A program made the translations under genes and the position numbers. Below, in pieces: positions 14,614 to 26,838 of a stretch of 41,616 nucleotides of DNA. The stretch is from Dirinaria sp. TL-2023a (Eukaryota). The stretch spans positions 1-41,616 of the forward strand of contig JAVEBF010000040.1 of the NCBI GenBank assembly GCA_051941275.1, in the 5' to 3' direction. The notes beneath the pieces are model-generated. The model did not search any database and was not told the DNA's origin. It saw only the letters and a program-made list of their open reading frames with translations. Each line of letters begins with the position of its first letter. The first letter of the stretch is position 1.

Positions 14614-17259
14614 TCAGTCCTCCTCGTTGTCCCAATCCTTCTGTTCGATAAAATTGCCATTACTGCCGCTCAAGTCCAGCTTCGCCAAAAACTCTTGCGG
14701 CACTGTAGGAATATACTTCTTTTCTCTTTCTCGATTGATCCCACCATAGCCGGCGCCATAGCTAAGCCTCATGTCAACTGTTGTCGGGAGGGAAAATTGC
14801 AGCATGTGAGCGGGGTTCATCAAAAAACCTTCGTAAGTTTGCTCATCGTCCTCAGGACTAGACTCAAGGCTTAGTTCGGCTCCAAGTCCCTTTGGCGCTG
14901 AGCCTTCAGTTGCGGAAAGCTCTGGGCGCTTGGATGGTTTGAGTGTCTGGTCCAGCTGTGACGATGCTGGTTCTCGCTTTCGCTGTCGTTGCTGAGCTTG
15001 CTTCCGAGTATCCGCGGCAAGGTTGGCCAAGCGTTTTCTCGCAGGTTTCGGTAATCGAACTTCGTCCTTCTCGTATCGATAATAGTCTGCCGAGTGCAAT
15101 AGTTGTTGAGCGGTCAAACGGGTCATTTGGGATAATGTATTTTCCAGAGAGTCAAGGGAATTTGCACTGTCTCCCAATGATGAGAAACATTGCAGCCATT
15201 GCAGGAGCTGGATGATGGGCGTGAAGTGTTTGCGAGCAGCTTCCATAGTATTCTCGCCGGATGTGGAAAGCGATCCGCTTTCGTAGTGTTCAGGTATTCG
15301 GTTATTTGCGCGAGCCCAGTCCTCAAGTACGGAGATATTCATTCGGATCTGCATTGCTTTTGTTCGAGCCAGATACTTTCTGTCTGACAGAGTGTGATTG
15401 AACAATTCAGCGCCTATCCAGTAGAATAATTGGGCCAGTATCTGTGCTATGATTACAGAATGTATATCATACAAATCAAGAACAAAGAGAGTTGAAGACA
15501 GCAAAGAAGTGACGTTGCGAGGTTCAGGTCGAGTTCTTTTATTAGGGGGTGGAGGTTTGTAGCTGACGGGTTCTGGAGCTTGATTCTTGTTCTTTGATTT
15601 GAATATATTCCATTCGCCCGCAAACTCGAGATCGCCGAAAGGGATTGTTTCAAAGTCGAGGATTGCAGCATCAAGGACACGTTCCATTCTTCTCTCAGCA
15701 TCTCGGATTATCAGTATGAATATTTCGTTGATCAGCTCCACGAGATGAACTTGGAATTCTGTGGTAGCTTCAACGAGGCCAGTGTCTTTTTGAAGATAAT
15801 GAAGCAATAAAGTAGCATTTGATATCCAGAAGGCTAAAACAGTCATGTCCCATTGGTGTCTTTCCACCTTGTTGTTAATTTTGTCCATTGCCGAAACAAG
15901 TAAGGTAGCCAGGAGCTCAGAACTTGCGTGATAGTGCGCATACCTGGCTGCTAAGAATAGGATGTTTGCTGGAACAGGTTTTTGTGAGGCTGATCTCTGA
16001 GGAGTCATCTCAGTGATAATAATATCAAGTATACGGCCGAGCTCGTTCTCTTGGAACACGAACATCTGGTCATTCAAACATCGATCCCAAACAAATTCTT
16101 GTTGCTCTTCGAGATCATCAGGAGTCTGGTTACCTCATCAGCCAATGAAACGCACAGACCAAATACTCACGTCACGACCTACCTCAGGATGCTCGTCCAT
16201 GACCAAGCTAGACAGATCAACTTCTAAATTAATCGAGCTTTCCATCATCATGCGTCTCTTCATTTCATTCTCCTCCATTTCTTGTTCGAATTTATCTTGA
16301 GAAAACCCGTTATCATAGAAGTCTTCCCCAATACTGGTGTCTCCAATATGGTAGCCATTTTTCTGTAGGAAATCCGCTATTTCACTGTTTGGAGGCGCAA
16401 AGTCGGAAGCAGTGCGGCCGGAAGAGGACTTGATGTCCGGGGAGGCGCCATGATCTAGCAGAGTTTTTGCGATGTCCTTATGCCGATTCGTCATAGCCCA
16501 CATTAAAGATGTCCACTGATTTCTTCTATCCTGCCGGTCAATGTCTGCGCCAGCTTCAAGCAGCGCCGTTACCACTTCAAGGTGGCCCTACATGATGTTA
16601 GGGCTACTGCAAGCAAGACGCCTATCAAAAGTTAGACCCACAAAGCAGCTAGCATATATTATGGGCGCCGTTCCCTCTTCATCAGGTGCATTTACGTCGA
16701 TGTATTCTCTGGCTTTGTTTCCCAACAATCGTCGAATCCGGTCGACATCTCCGTTGCTAGCTGCATTATGTATCGATTTTTGCAGTATCGATTTCTTGTC
16801 CTCTTCTGAAAGATCTTTGCTTGCAAGGACACTGTCTTCGTCCGCCTCTGCTGAACCTTCCCCCCGATGGGCAGCTTGAGCAGCCAGCATTTCCATGAGT
16901 CGAGTATCGTTGTCTTCCAGGCGCTGTTGCGTCAAATTGTCGCTTTCAAAGTCATGGTCGTCTAGAGAAAGTTTGAAACCGAGCGGTTGTGCAGGTGTTG
17001 GGGCGGTCAAGAACCGAGACTCTCCTGGAGCAATCTTGTCAGCACCATCCGCTCAGTAGCTTTCTGGAATGACCGGAGACGGCGGAGAGACTCGCACCCT
17101 ACCTTGCCAGGCGTCATACATCTCTGTCTCCCCTCCATAGCTTCGTACGGGCTGACGATCGTCTAGGGATTTAGGTAAATCGGCTGGCAATTGTCTGTGC
17201 CCCGGCGAATCTTCTGTGACATCATCTTCGCCTTCCATGTGAGAATTGGAAAGGTCCAT
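14614..17259 (-). CDS. Ankyrin-repeat and DIL (dilute) domain protein, YPR089W-like, ~818 aa
   Basis: Exons 17259-17103, 17024-16642, 16587-16183 and 16125-14614 with canonical in-frame introns. Ankyrin motifs AASNGDVDRIRRLL, GTAPIIYASCFGHLEVVTALLEAGADID, WTSLMWAMTNRHKDIAKTLLDHGA. DIL motif QLFYWIGAELFN...AMQIRMNISVLEDWAR. The start could instead be the second Met (MEGEDD). Confidence 0.9.
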
Positions 17260-17520
17260 GACGAATATAACCTCTCGAGTCCTTCATCGAGTCGCTTTGA
17301 GAGATCTAATGTAGCTTGTGGAGGCAAGCCTCACACGATGAGGCCTTTTGGACTAGTCATATTTGGCAGCAAGAAAGGCTTCAAAGGGTGACATTAGCAC
17401 TTGAAAGGTTTGATCAACATTGAGGGTAGGTTGTAAGAAGGCCGCGAGGCACATTCACGCATTATCGCTGAGCTAAGGTACGTCTGGAGGCCTCATACAT
17501 TAGGCGCATCGAAGTGGCAT

Positions 17521-17560
17521 CCAATCAGCATGCAGGCCGCCAGCCGTGCAAAATCACGTG
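17521..17560. promoter_or_regulatory. CCAAT box and TCACGTG E-box in the divergent promoter between the DIL-ankyrin and M13 peptidase genes
   Basis: CCAAT at 17521-17525 and TCACGTG at 17554-17560, near the middle of a 633-bp head-to-head spacer. Motif match only. Confidence 0.3.
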
Positions 17561-17892
17561 CTTGTATGTCATAGACTGTGAGACTGGAGACTTTCATTAT
17601 TACTGTACTGTACCTCAGGTATTCCGTTGCTGCTTGAAACACACATAGGCTCTTTCAGAGACGTGCCAAGGCAATGGCAATATGATACTCTCATTTATGA
17701 CTCCACTGTCTTTCTGTATATTGTTTCTAAGTTGCTTTCCATCACAAGCCTAGAGTAGTCGGATCCTCACAACTCGAAGAGCCCAGACTTGAACGCGGAT
17801 TTTTTTTCTTCGAATGTACATAGCTACGCTTCTTGATATTCCATGTGACTTTAGCTAGGACTTCGACCTAGGCGATCTCTGATCTGCCTTCT

Positions 17893-20523
17893 ATGGCGGC
17901 CTCACGCAAGAAGGCCGCCTTCGGGCACGATGGCGAGGATACTCCCATATTGGCGAACGGCGATTCTGGTCACGACGGCGAAGATGGTAACCCTCGTGAA
18001 GAAGCTTCGAGTTGGGAGAGTGTAAGCGGGGAGGTACGTCGATGGTCTAAAAGGATTGGTCGGAAGCTCTGGAAAAATCGCATGGTAGTTGCTATAATTC
18101 TTCTTCTGCTTGGCGGGTTTATCGCCCTATGTATCTATTTCGGAGGTATGTGTCCATGATACGAAAAAGTTCGAGCACGCTGTTATACTCACCTTCCATC
18201 AGTGATATACAACCGCAGCAAATCAGACTCGGACACGGCAACGATATGTGTCACTCCAGGCTGCGTGTTGGCCGCGTCGGAAATCATACAGAATATGTCG
18301 CCGAATTACCATCGCATTGATCCTTGTGCTAATTTCGATGAATTTGTATGCGAAGGTTGGCGGGAGAAAAACGACTTGCGAGCAGATCAAAGCTCCGCCT
18401 TTACTGGCACAACCATGGCCGAGAACTCTCAAAGGACTTTGCGTCACATTCTCGAAACCTCATTCGATGACTCGCATCCGGGGCTAGACCCTGATAGGGC
18501 ACCTGAGAGTGCCATCTTCCGAAAGCTGAAAGATGCGTATGATGCTTGCCTGGACGAGAAGCGACTTCGGCTGGTAGGGGCCGAACCTTTGCTCGAGGTT
18601 CTGAAGCAAATTGAGAAGCTCTTCCCTGCCAAAAGACCTCATAGCTCTGAGTCTTTCCCGAATTCGATTCTTCAAGCACAGAAAAGCCTTAAGTATGATG
18701 GAGAAAATAGACTGTCGACTACTATAGCATATTTGATCAGCATTGGGGTGGAAGCACTTGTCTCATTTCAAGTCGGCGCGGATGACAAGGACCCTGACAC
18801 GGTTATCCTCTCACTGAATGCTCCACGCCGCCCGGGACTACCGTCGAAGGAGTACTACGATGATCTTGACGTGCTTGTTAACTATGCAAGTACTATCAAT
18901 CAAGTGCTAGATGCTTTGCTACGAGAGGCAACCCCCAATTCCACGCTGATAGAGAACTTAAGCGGAGGCTTCCACAAGAATAGCGAAGAGCTGGTAGCTG
19001 ACCTCATGGAGTTTGAAGCGAGGCTTGCAGCAGCGACTCCTTCAGAAGAAGAGGCGGAAGATGTTACTCAGTACTACAATCCCATGAAGCTGGACGAAGT
19101 GCGGTCACTGATTCCTCAACTGTCCATCCAATATATCATCGCAGGGTTGGCGCCACCGGGGTTTAGCACAGATCGGATCGTCGTCGGGTCGCCATCCTAC
19201 CTGAAGGCGTTGTCGCATGTTCTCAAGACAACCAGTACTGAGGCCATACAAGCGTATTTTGTCTGGAAAACGGTGCAACGATATGCTGACAAGGTTGAAG
19301 ACATAGCACTCAAACCTCTCCTTCGCTTCAACAACCAATTGCAAGGCAAAGATCCAGACGCGACTCAAGAACGATGGAGGACATGTGTGGAGAATATTGA
19401 TCGCGGTCTTGGATGGATCTTGAGCAAATTCTTCATTGAGAAGGCATTTTCCGAAGAAGCGAAGAACTTCGGCGACAATATTGTCTCGGACATCAAAACA
19501 CAATTCATTGAAAAACTCAAAAACGCGGCCTGGATGAGCCCGGACGTGCGCGAGCTCGGAATCAAAAAAGTGCACAACATCGTGCAAAAGATCGGCTACC
19601 CAACAAAAAGCCCGGACGTACGAGACTCGTCCGCCTTAGAAAAATACTACGAGAGCCTCAACATCTCAAGCACATCGTTCTTCGGCAACGCCATTGCGAT
19701 CGCCAAATTCGAAATCAGCCGCCAATGGTCCGCTCTGGGGAAACCCACCGACCGAGACGAATGGGGCATGACGGCGCCGGTGGTGAACGCGTACTACAAC
19801 CCGGCCGGCAACGAGATCGTGTTCCCCGCGGGGATCATGCAAGCCCCAGTATTCTACGACCCCAGCATACCGCAATACCTGAGCTACGGGGCGTTCGGGT
19901 CCGTGAGCGGGCACGAGCTCTCGCACGCGTTCGACTCCATGGGGCGGCACTACGACGAGACGGGCAATTTCACGCAGTGGTGGGACAACCGCACGATCGA
20001 AGCCTTCGAGGACAAAACCCGGTGCTTCGTCGACCAGTACCACCGATTCACGGTGCCGGGCCCGAACCACGATGAGCCGCTGCACGTCAACGGCCGGCTC
20101 ACGCTGGGGGAAAACATCGCCGACGCGGGTGGGCTGAGCGCTTCGTTCCAGGCGTGGAAAGCGGTCGACGCCGCCCACCCGGCCCAGCTGCTGCCCGGCC
20201 TCGCGAATTTCACAAAGGAGCAACTGTTCTTCGTCTCCTACTCCAACTGGTGGTGTGGCAAGACGAGGAAGGAAGACGCTATAGATCGGATCTATCGGGA
20301 TCCGCACGCGCCCATTTGGGCGAGGATCATTGTAAGCCGCTATCCCTTTCTCCCTTTCCTCCTCCCAGCCCCCATCCATTTCGTAGTGGAATCAAATAAT
20401 ATCGTCATCGAGCTTAGCTAATACTTGTGTTTTTCCCCCCAACAGGGTACAATGGCCAACTCGCGCGAATTCAGAGAGAGTTTCCATTGTCAGCAGAAAG
20501 AACCGACGTGCGAGTTATGGTGA
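17893..20523 (+). CDS. Peptidase family M13 (neprilysin / endothelin-converting enzyme-like) type II membrane metalloendopeptidase, ~819 aa
   Basis: Exons 17893-18145, 18203-20331 and 20446-20523. N-terminal anchor MVVAIILLLLGGFIALCIYFG; motifs CVTPGCV, IDPCANFDEFVCEGW, VNAYY, GHELSHAFD (HExxH), GENIAD, DPHAP; terminal CELW*. Confidence 0.95.
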
Positions 20524-21606
20524 GTCGGGAAGTAATGTATAAATTGAAGAAAGAGAAAAGAGAGGGGGGGGGAAAAAAGTCTATTTTATCCGCCCCATAG
20601 TAATTAAATAAAAGAGGATTCTTTTTCTTTCTTCTCCTTCTATTTCATTTCCTCTTAAGTAAAATTCTTGAATCGAGGTAATAATAACAAATGATAGCCT
20701 ATATTTGTTATCTACCTTAGCAAGGTAAATTAAGTATACTGTATGGCATAGCAATAGCAATTTTGTTGTGTGGGGTGGGGGATGGGGAGAAGAATGGGGC
20801 TTTTTGTTTGAAAATGATATGTATGTATACATACAAGACATCGTAGACCATATGAGTAAGATACATACCTTCCGCAATGTACTCACGATCCTACTACAAA
20901 CCTACAAGTATACTACTATCCCCCGCCAAACTCTTATCTTTCACGAAGAGAACTCTCACACTCAAAAAATAGGTCATATCATATGTAATCTCCCTTTATA
21001 TACTCAGATAGTTAATGCTAACGCTAACTACCTTATCCCCGCGGTCCACCGGTAGGTCATATTATACTCAGGTCAGGTCAGACAAGGTAACCTAGGTACA
21101 TATGTAAGAAAAACGCCAAAAAAGAAAAAAAAAAAAGTGTGCGTAGCCCAATAATGATTTTTCCTGACGGTTATCAATAATAGCCAAGGGGGAAAACCTG
21201 ATGATGACAATGATGATGATACTCTGTGATACCCAAACGCAGAGGGGATCGATCGCCTGCCATGAATAAAAACAGACACACACAAAACAAAAAAAGAGCC
21301 GTGACGATCGTTAGAAAAGGTGGTGCAATCGTAAAACATTCCCTCTTCCCCTGTAGACAAACTACCGAAGTATGCCTCCCTTTCTCCCTCCCCAAAGGAA
21401 AAACGGTATCCTGTCCTTGTATCCTATACAACACAACACCACCACCGCGGGAACTTGCATGCATACTCATACAACCACCCTTCTGTGGAGAAAAATTTCC
21501 TGGACGACGCAAATTCAAAAAAAGGTGGCTGGCTGGATGGCTCGTGCCTTACCCAACGGGAAAAAGACTGCGAAGGCAAGGGGAAAAACGTGGTCCAATA
21601 TCTCTC
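20524..21606. repeat. AT-rich low-complexity convergent intergenic spacer with poly(A)/poly(G) tracts and short microsatellites
   Basis: G9 followed by A6 near 20564-20578, A-runs at 21118-21136, (GAT)n near 21200-21219, CA/A-runs at 21268-21296. Confidence 0.6.
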
Positions 21607-24600
21607 TCACTCCAACTCCTTGCTTTTGACCCTGATCATCTCATCGCTCAAACTCGCCATCCAGAGACACCGCTCAATCGCCCCTTCGACCGGCTTGAAT
21701 TGATACTTGGCGCTTGCGTCAATCAGCCGCAGCAGGCTTTTCACGATCCCGGCGGTAGTGCGGTACCGCTCGAAGTTCACCAACGGCTGGCCGTCCCTCG
21801 TGCTCGCGATCTGGCTCGGTTTTTGGGAGTTGTAGGTCAAGTCATGGATGTACATGGCGACGACGGGGATGCAGCCATCATCGCTGTTGCCGGTTTCCAT
21901 CTCTTGGCGGAGGTTGTGGAAATTGCGGATCGGCGTCACGAGCGTTTCGAGATCCGACAGGGTTTTCTTTTCCGCGGGAGGGATCAAGTCCCAGGTCTTG
22001 GTCAATCGTGAGCAGTCGATGGAAGTCAGTGCGATGGTGAACTGGAACATGGTGGCGTAATTGTGCAATTTGCGGGCATGCTGCGCGATGTGGATGAATT
22101 TCATGATGCACATAGCACGTTCTTCGAGGCTTTGTGTGAGGACAATCTCGGAAAGTGCCCACTTTACCATGATGTTGAAGCGTGCGGTCACAAGCTCGAT
22201 ACCCGTTGGGTCTTGAGTGCGAAGAAAATCGACCCAATTCTGAGTGGAGGGTGAAGAGTGATGCCAGCGCATGTCGATAAGATCTTGCCAATTAATCTCG
22301 TTGATCGCGTCCTTTTCAATGATAGTGAATTGTTCCGCCAGTACACCGGACTCATAGGACAGGATGAACGGTATGTGCCGTCTAGTCATGAAGTTCTGGG
22401 CCATAGTCGGTAAGGGTTGGGTGATCGGTGTTTTTGGAGTATCCGGCGTATTAGTCTTACTAGTTTCGTTCTTTCTGCTGACTGGTGACGGCTCAGGGGT
22501 CGGGGGTTTGCGCTGATCCTGAAATTGCTGCGCTTGCGAAGTTATCTTGTGCACATTCTCACTTGTCATTGGTGGCGATGGATAACCTGGCGTTGGCGTT
22601 GCAGCTCTGTCTTGTTGGAGCAGCTGAGCCGAAGATCCGTAAGTCCCATCATCTCCGTCTTTCTCATCTTCGGAAAGCTCAGACGACAGGTCGCTGAGGA
22701 ACTCATCTTCATCAAGCAAAAAAGAGTCTGTAGTGGCCGTATGAGAAGACAAATATCTTGTTCTCCTGATGCTTCCACGTTGAACTTGATCAACGGAAGT
22801 TAATGAAGCATCTGACTGGTGAGATCGAGCCTCCAAATTGGGGCTGAATAGAGGTCGCGGCACGGAGACCTTCGATGCATCCGGGGCCACTTTACCACGA
22901 CCTTTCGATCTGGTACTGAGCCCACGCTCTAATAATGGAGTGGAATCGTACGATTCCTCTGACTCTTCATACAAGCTCGTGGCCATATTATACCTCGAAT
23001 TACTGTCCTGATCGCTCCCAGAAGGCATTTCAAGCTCTGGGGGTATTTCAGTTGCGACACCGGCGTGATTTTGAGCCAGATGCTTGAATTCGGGTGGACA
23101 CTTTGCGTTCGGGCTGGAGCTTGACTGTCCATGTTTAGGCTGAGGCTCAGGTTGAGACTTAGGTTGAGACTTAGGCTGAGGGTTTCGCTCAGACGAGTCT
23201 TGTGGTGTGTCAATTGGACTTTTCCTGTACTTTCCCTCAAGCTTCATTAAGGTCGCTTCAATATCTCCACCCTCGTCATCCGGGATTCGCGCGAATTCTT
23301 TAACTGCGGCTTCGAACGAAGGTCTTAAGGCTGGCTGGGAGGAGTGTGTCCGAACCAGCGATAATTGCTTGTCAGACTTGCTAAGATCTCTGCGAGACAG
23401 GACTGATGGAGGTCGGGTGGATGATCGTCGCTCGTGGTTGCCTCGAGTATCTCGTTTAAGCAGAAGCTCGGACCCACGAACTGAATCAGAAAAGGTTGCA
23501 ATCGAACTGGCCGAACGAGGTCGGGTGGTAGGCTCCAGATCATGGACATTCTCATTGGCCCGCAGATCTCCTGCTGGACGTCTCCTGAGCATCCTTCCTT
23601 GCGGTGGCCCATCATCTTTCTTTGCGGTCCATAAATTATTTGGAGAATCCCATGGCTTGAAATCGCTTCCCGTCATACCACTCTGGAAAGAAGAGTATTT
23701 CCGTATTGGCCGTGAGCCCGACTGACTTGACACGTGTGATCTAGAGGTAGACTTGACAGGAATACTAGGTCGCGAGAAAGTAGCATGACTGTTTTGAGAG
23801 CTCTCTTGGCCAACCGGACGTTTCGAAGCCTCATGCGGGCGTGCTGATGGTATAACTGGTGGTAGTGAATCTAAAATCTCCCCTAGTCCTTCATTTCGCT
23901 CCGTTCGAGCGGCAAGAGCTGGCGCGCCTGGTCCTAGGTTACTAGGTGCTTGTACTAGTGTGGCTGACGTGTTGCTATGGTCTTCTAAGGCGGGCAGAGT
24001 AGGGGCTTGAGTTGCGGAGGTGGTGAAATGTAATGGTAAGCTAGGAAGAGGATGTTCTGCGCCAGTGTCATCCATGATGACGATCGATCGGCTACCATAA
24101 GTAGTTGCGCTTTGATTTCTTTTCAAGGGCTCCGGCTCGGGATTACCTGCGATTTGAGCAGCGTCCGGTGATGGCTGGTCACGCTCATTGCCAGAAGCCA
24201 CGCCAATGCTGCTTATTGGTTGCAAATCCTCTTGAGACATCTCTTGCAATGCACGTTGGAACATTTCGTGGACGTCTGCACACAACAGATCTACGCGGAT
24301 GTGCTTCTGTACCGCCTCAAGTTGCTGAATGTTGCTGTCAAGCCGTAATGCCCCTTTCGCTGGCGTATTAGAAAGTTTGGCCCCGCTCATAGACTGTGAA
24401 GGGAAGCCGCTTCCGAAGTTGCTAGATGACTGCAAGGCTTGCGCTTGCTTGCTACTTAACGCTCGGCGAATGCTACCAAAGATGTTTTTCATTGCCGGGG
24501 TCAACGGTGATGGGTTTCTTGGATCGTCGCAACTCTCGTCGTCCAAATCCGGTAAATCTAAGCGTGGCGTTTCGCGTGTGGGCGACGGAGGCGCAAAAGT

Positions 24601-26838
24601 ATCAAGGTAAGGCGAGCCTGGAGGTACGACAGTGCCTCGAATTAAACTACCCGTATGAGTGATGGACAATATGGCACTTGTTTCGGACCGTGCTTGCATG
24701 GACGGCAGCGAAGCCCGTTTGTCTCTGAAGGCGTCTGAGAAACTTCCGCTACGCTTATGAGCGTGCTTGGAAGGACGCTCAACATCATTAGAAGCTGCCG
24801 AAGGAGCTGCTGGGCAAACCCGTTTGACCATGGCAATAGGAATTGGATGCGCCGCAAAGCCGTCTTTCGGATGAGCCACATACTTCTTTAATGCCCGTCC
24901 AGGTATAGTGCACGACATCGCTTGGATACTCTGTTCGCTTTTCGGTGATTTAGGTAAACTCTGAGCGGTCGCAACCGAGGTTTGACGCTCATGCTGGCTT
25001 TTGACAGCTGAATTTCCTGCTTCTAGAACTGCATCAAACCAATTGTTAAGCGCGCAGGCTGCCTTTGCAGGGTCAACGGAAGATTCGATCCGTGGCGGCG
25101 TTACATCAATAGGCCTGTTCCAAAGCTCGCTCGGGTGTGTAAGCTGACTGTCCCGGCTGCCAGCAATGCCGCCAGGATTGATATCCAGATCTCGACGGAG
25201 ATCATCTTCAGACACAGGTATGTCCCAGTACAGGGCGCAGCGGCCGTTCCAGCACTTTTTCAGATCAAGAGTGAGCTTCAAGTCACTGGAACCGTTTTTC
25301 CTCTCCCGGATAAACTTTGACAAGGCATTGAGTCGCTCGCAGAACTTCACTCGAAGATCACGATCCGCGACGAAATCATAGGGGAAGTAGTTCAATATCC
25401 AGTGCCGAAGAGCCGCAAAGGCACGTACACGAATGACCCGTCCGTCATCGTCAAAACGATTGATGGCCCATTCAAAGCGGGCAAGGAGATAGGCGAGTAA
25501 ATCGTGCGTCGAGAGATAGGCTCTTACAGTAAGGAAAAAATCCGAGAGCAATTCATAGTCAAGGAAGTTCTTCGACGTAATTTGAGCTATGATTCGAGCA
25601 GGTGAAGCAGCAGTAATTTCGCCGGAGGTTGGCGAATAGCGCACAATAGTGGGGTCATCTGGGTTCGCCGATAAGGCATCATATATGGAGGCCGTGATGG
25701 GTCCTTCTGCGCGATGAAAGGTCGGTGTTGACATGATTGCGGAACTTGTTTGACCATCATTTTTCGGTGTAATGCGTATAGAGAACTGTTGCGGTGAAGA
25801 GTGCGAGTGGCGACGCGACAAGACTGAATGGGACTCCATGCCTGGGGGGATAGGGAAAAGTCTCTCATATTCAGGACCTGATAGCACCGATGTCCGTTCG
25901 TCATCATTGGCCGATACTCCTGTATAGACAGAGCTGTGAAGGAAAGCGGTGCCTCGGGCACTGAATCCTGGAGTACCTAATCTGTAGTGCGGTATCGGCA
26001 CCTCCAAAGTCGGCAGATGAGGTTTTGGCGTTGTGGAATGATCAGGCTTTGGACGGTCAATTACGACTTTAAACGCTCCCGGTCCCTGGTTCTGGTATGC
26101 AAGTGGACTCTCTGCAGTAGATAGAGACTGAGACCTGGCACGAGGTGTGGAGCTCGACCGTTGCGTACTCCGACCAGGAGAGTTCGCGCGTTTAGGTCGT
26201 GTTGGAGTCCGAGATGCCTGAGTATCAGACCACATACTCGCGCGTGCCTCATCTGTCGGAAAAGTTTTCCCTTTGGCATCTAGACCGGCACTGTTCGGTG
26301 GTGTCGCGAGTGGCAGCACGAAAGGCGGCAGTGCAGCTTTTTGCTGTGAACCGGGCGTAATGGGCCTAAAACGACAGTCGATTAGCCAGCTTGCGCGATG
26401 GTAAAAGTGCGATTACGCTTCTACGCTACATGGGTCATCCACGAGGCAAGCATACCGTAGGTATATTCGGCCATTGTTGCCTACATTGGCAACGGTGAAT
26501 TGCCGACCTTCTCTGCCTCCGGCAGCACCGTCTGACGCTATGTCTTGGTTGCCTCTGTTGGCAGATCGCTGTCGCAGCACCTCTGTGCTGTTTTTCACAC
26601 GGCGCAACGAGTTCTGTCGGCCTCGGCTGTTGGTTCTCCCAGGTGTTTTCCGCGTGTTCGCAACCCCACCACCACCACCACCTCCTTCCTGCTTCGTGAT
26701 TATGACATTTCCCTGCATCTGGACTCGTGTATCTTTGGGCTTGTCAGATCGCAGCCCGTTCCATTGTCCTGTCAAGGGAGCAGAAGGTGATTCCTGATTG
26801 GATTGAAGGACCTGGCCTGGGTGTGGTAATCCTGACAT
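21607..26838 (-). CDS. LTE1: RasGEF (RasGEF_N/REM + CDC25 domain), LTE1-like guanine nucleotide exchange factor, ~1713 aa
   Basis: Exons 26838-26456 and 26365-21607; intron 26455-26366 (GTATGC..GCTAAT..TAG), phase 2. REM domain: DYELLSDFFLTVR...VRAFAALRHWILNYF. CDC25 domain: LAEQFTIIEKDAINEINWQDLI, HNYATMFQ, GCIPVVAMYIHDL, LVNFERYR. The long disordered middle region is typical of Lte1. The symbol is assigned by architecture. Confidence 0.85.
23134..23181 (-). repeat. In-frame 12-bp tandem repeat (4 units) encoding PQPK-SQPK-SQPE-PQPK in the RasGEF linker
   Basis: The + strand reads tttaggctgagg ctcaggttgaga cttaggttgaga cttaggctgagg. Confidence 0.8.

Noticed and set aside
19666..20379. Long alternative-frame and antisense ORFs in the M13 3' region (similarly 34032-34771 in SEC18)
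   Set aside because: By-products of high GC3; no independent coding signal.
21226..22011. 261-aa + strand ORF
   Set aside because: Half is low-complexity spacer and half is antisense to the GC-rich RasGEF end, where stop codons are depleted.
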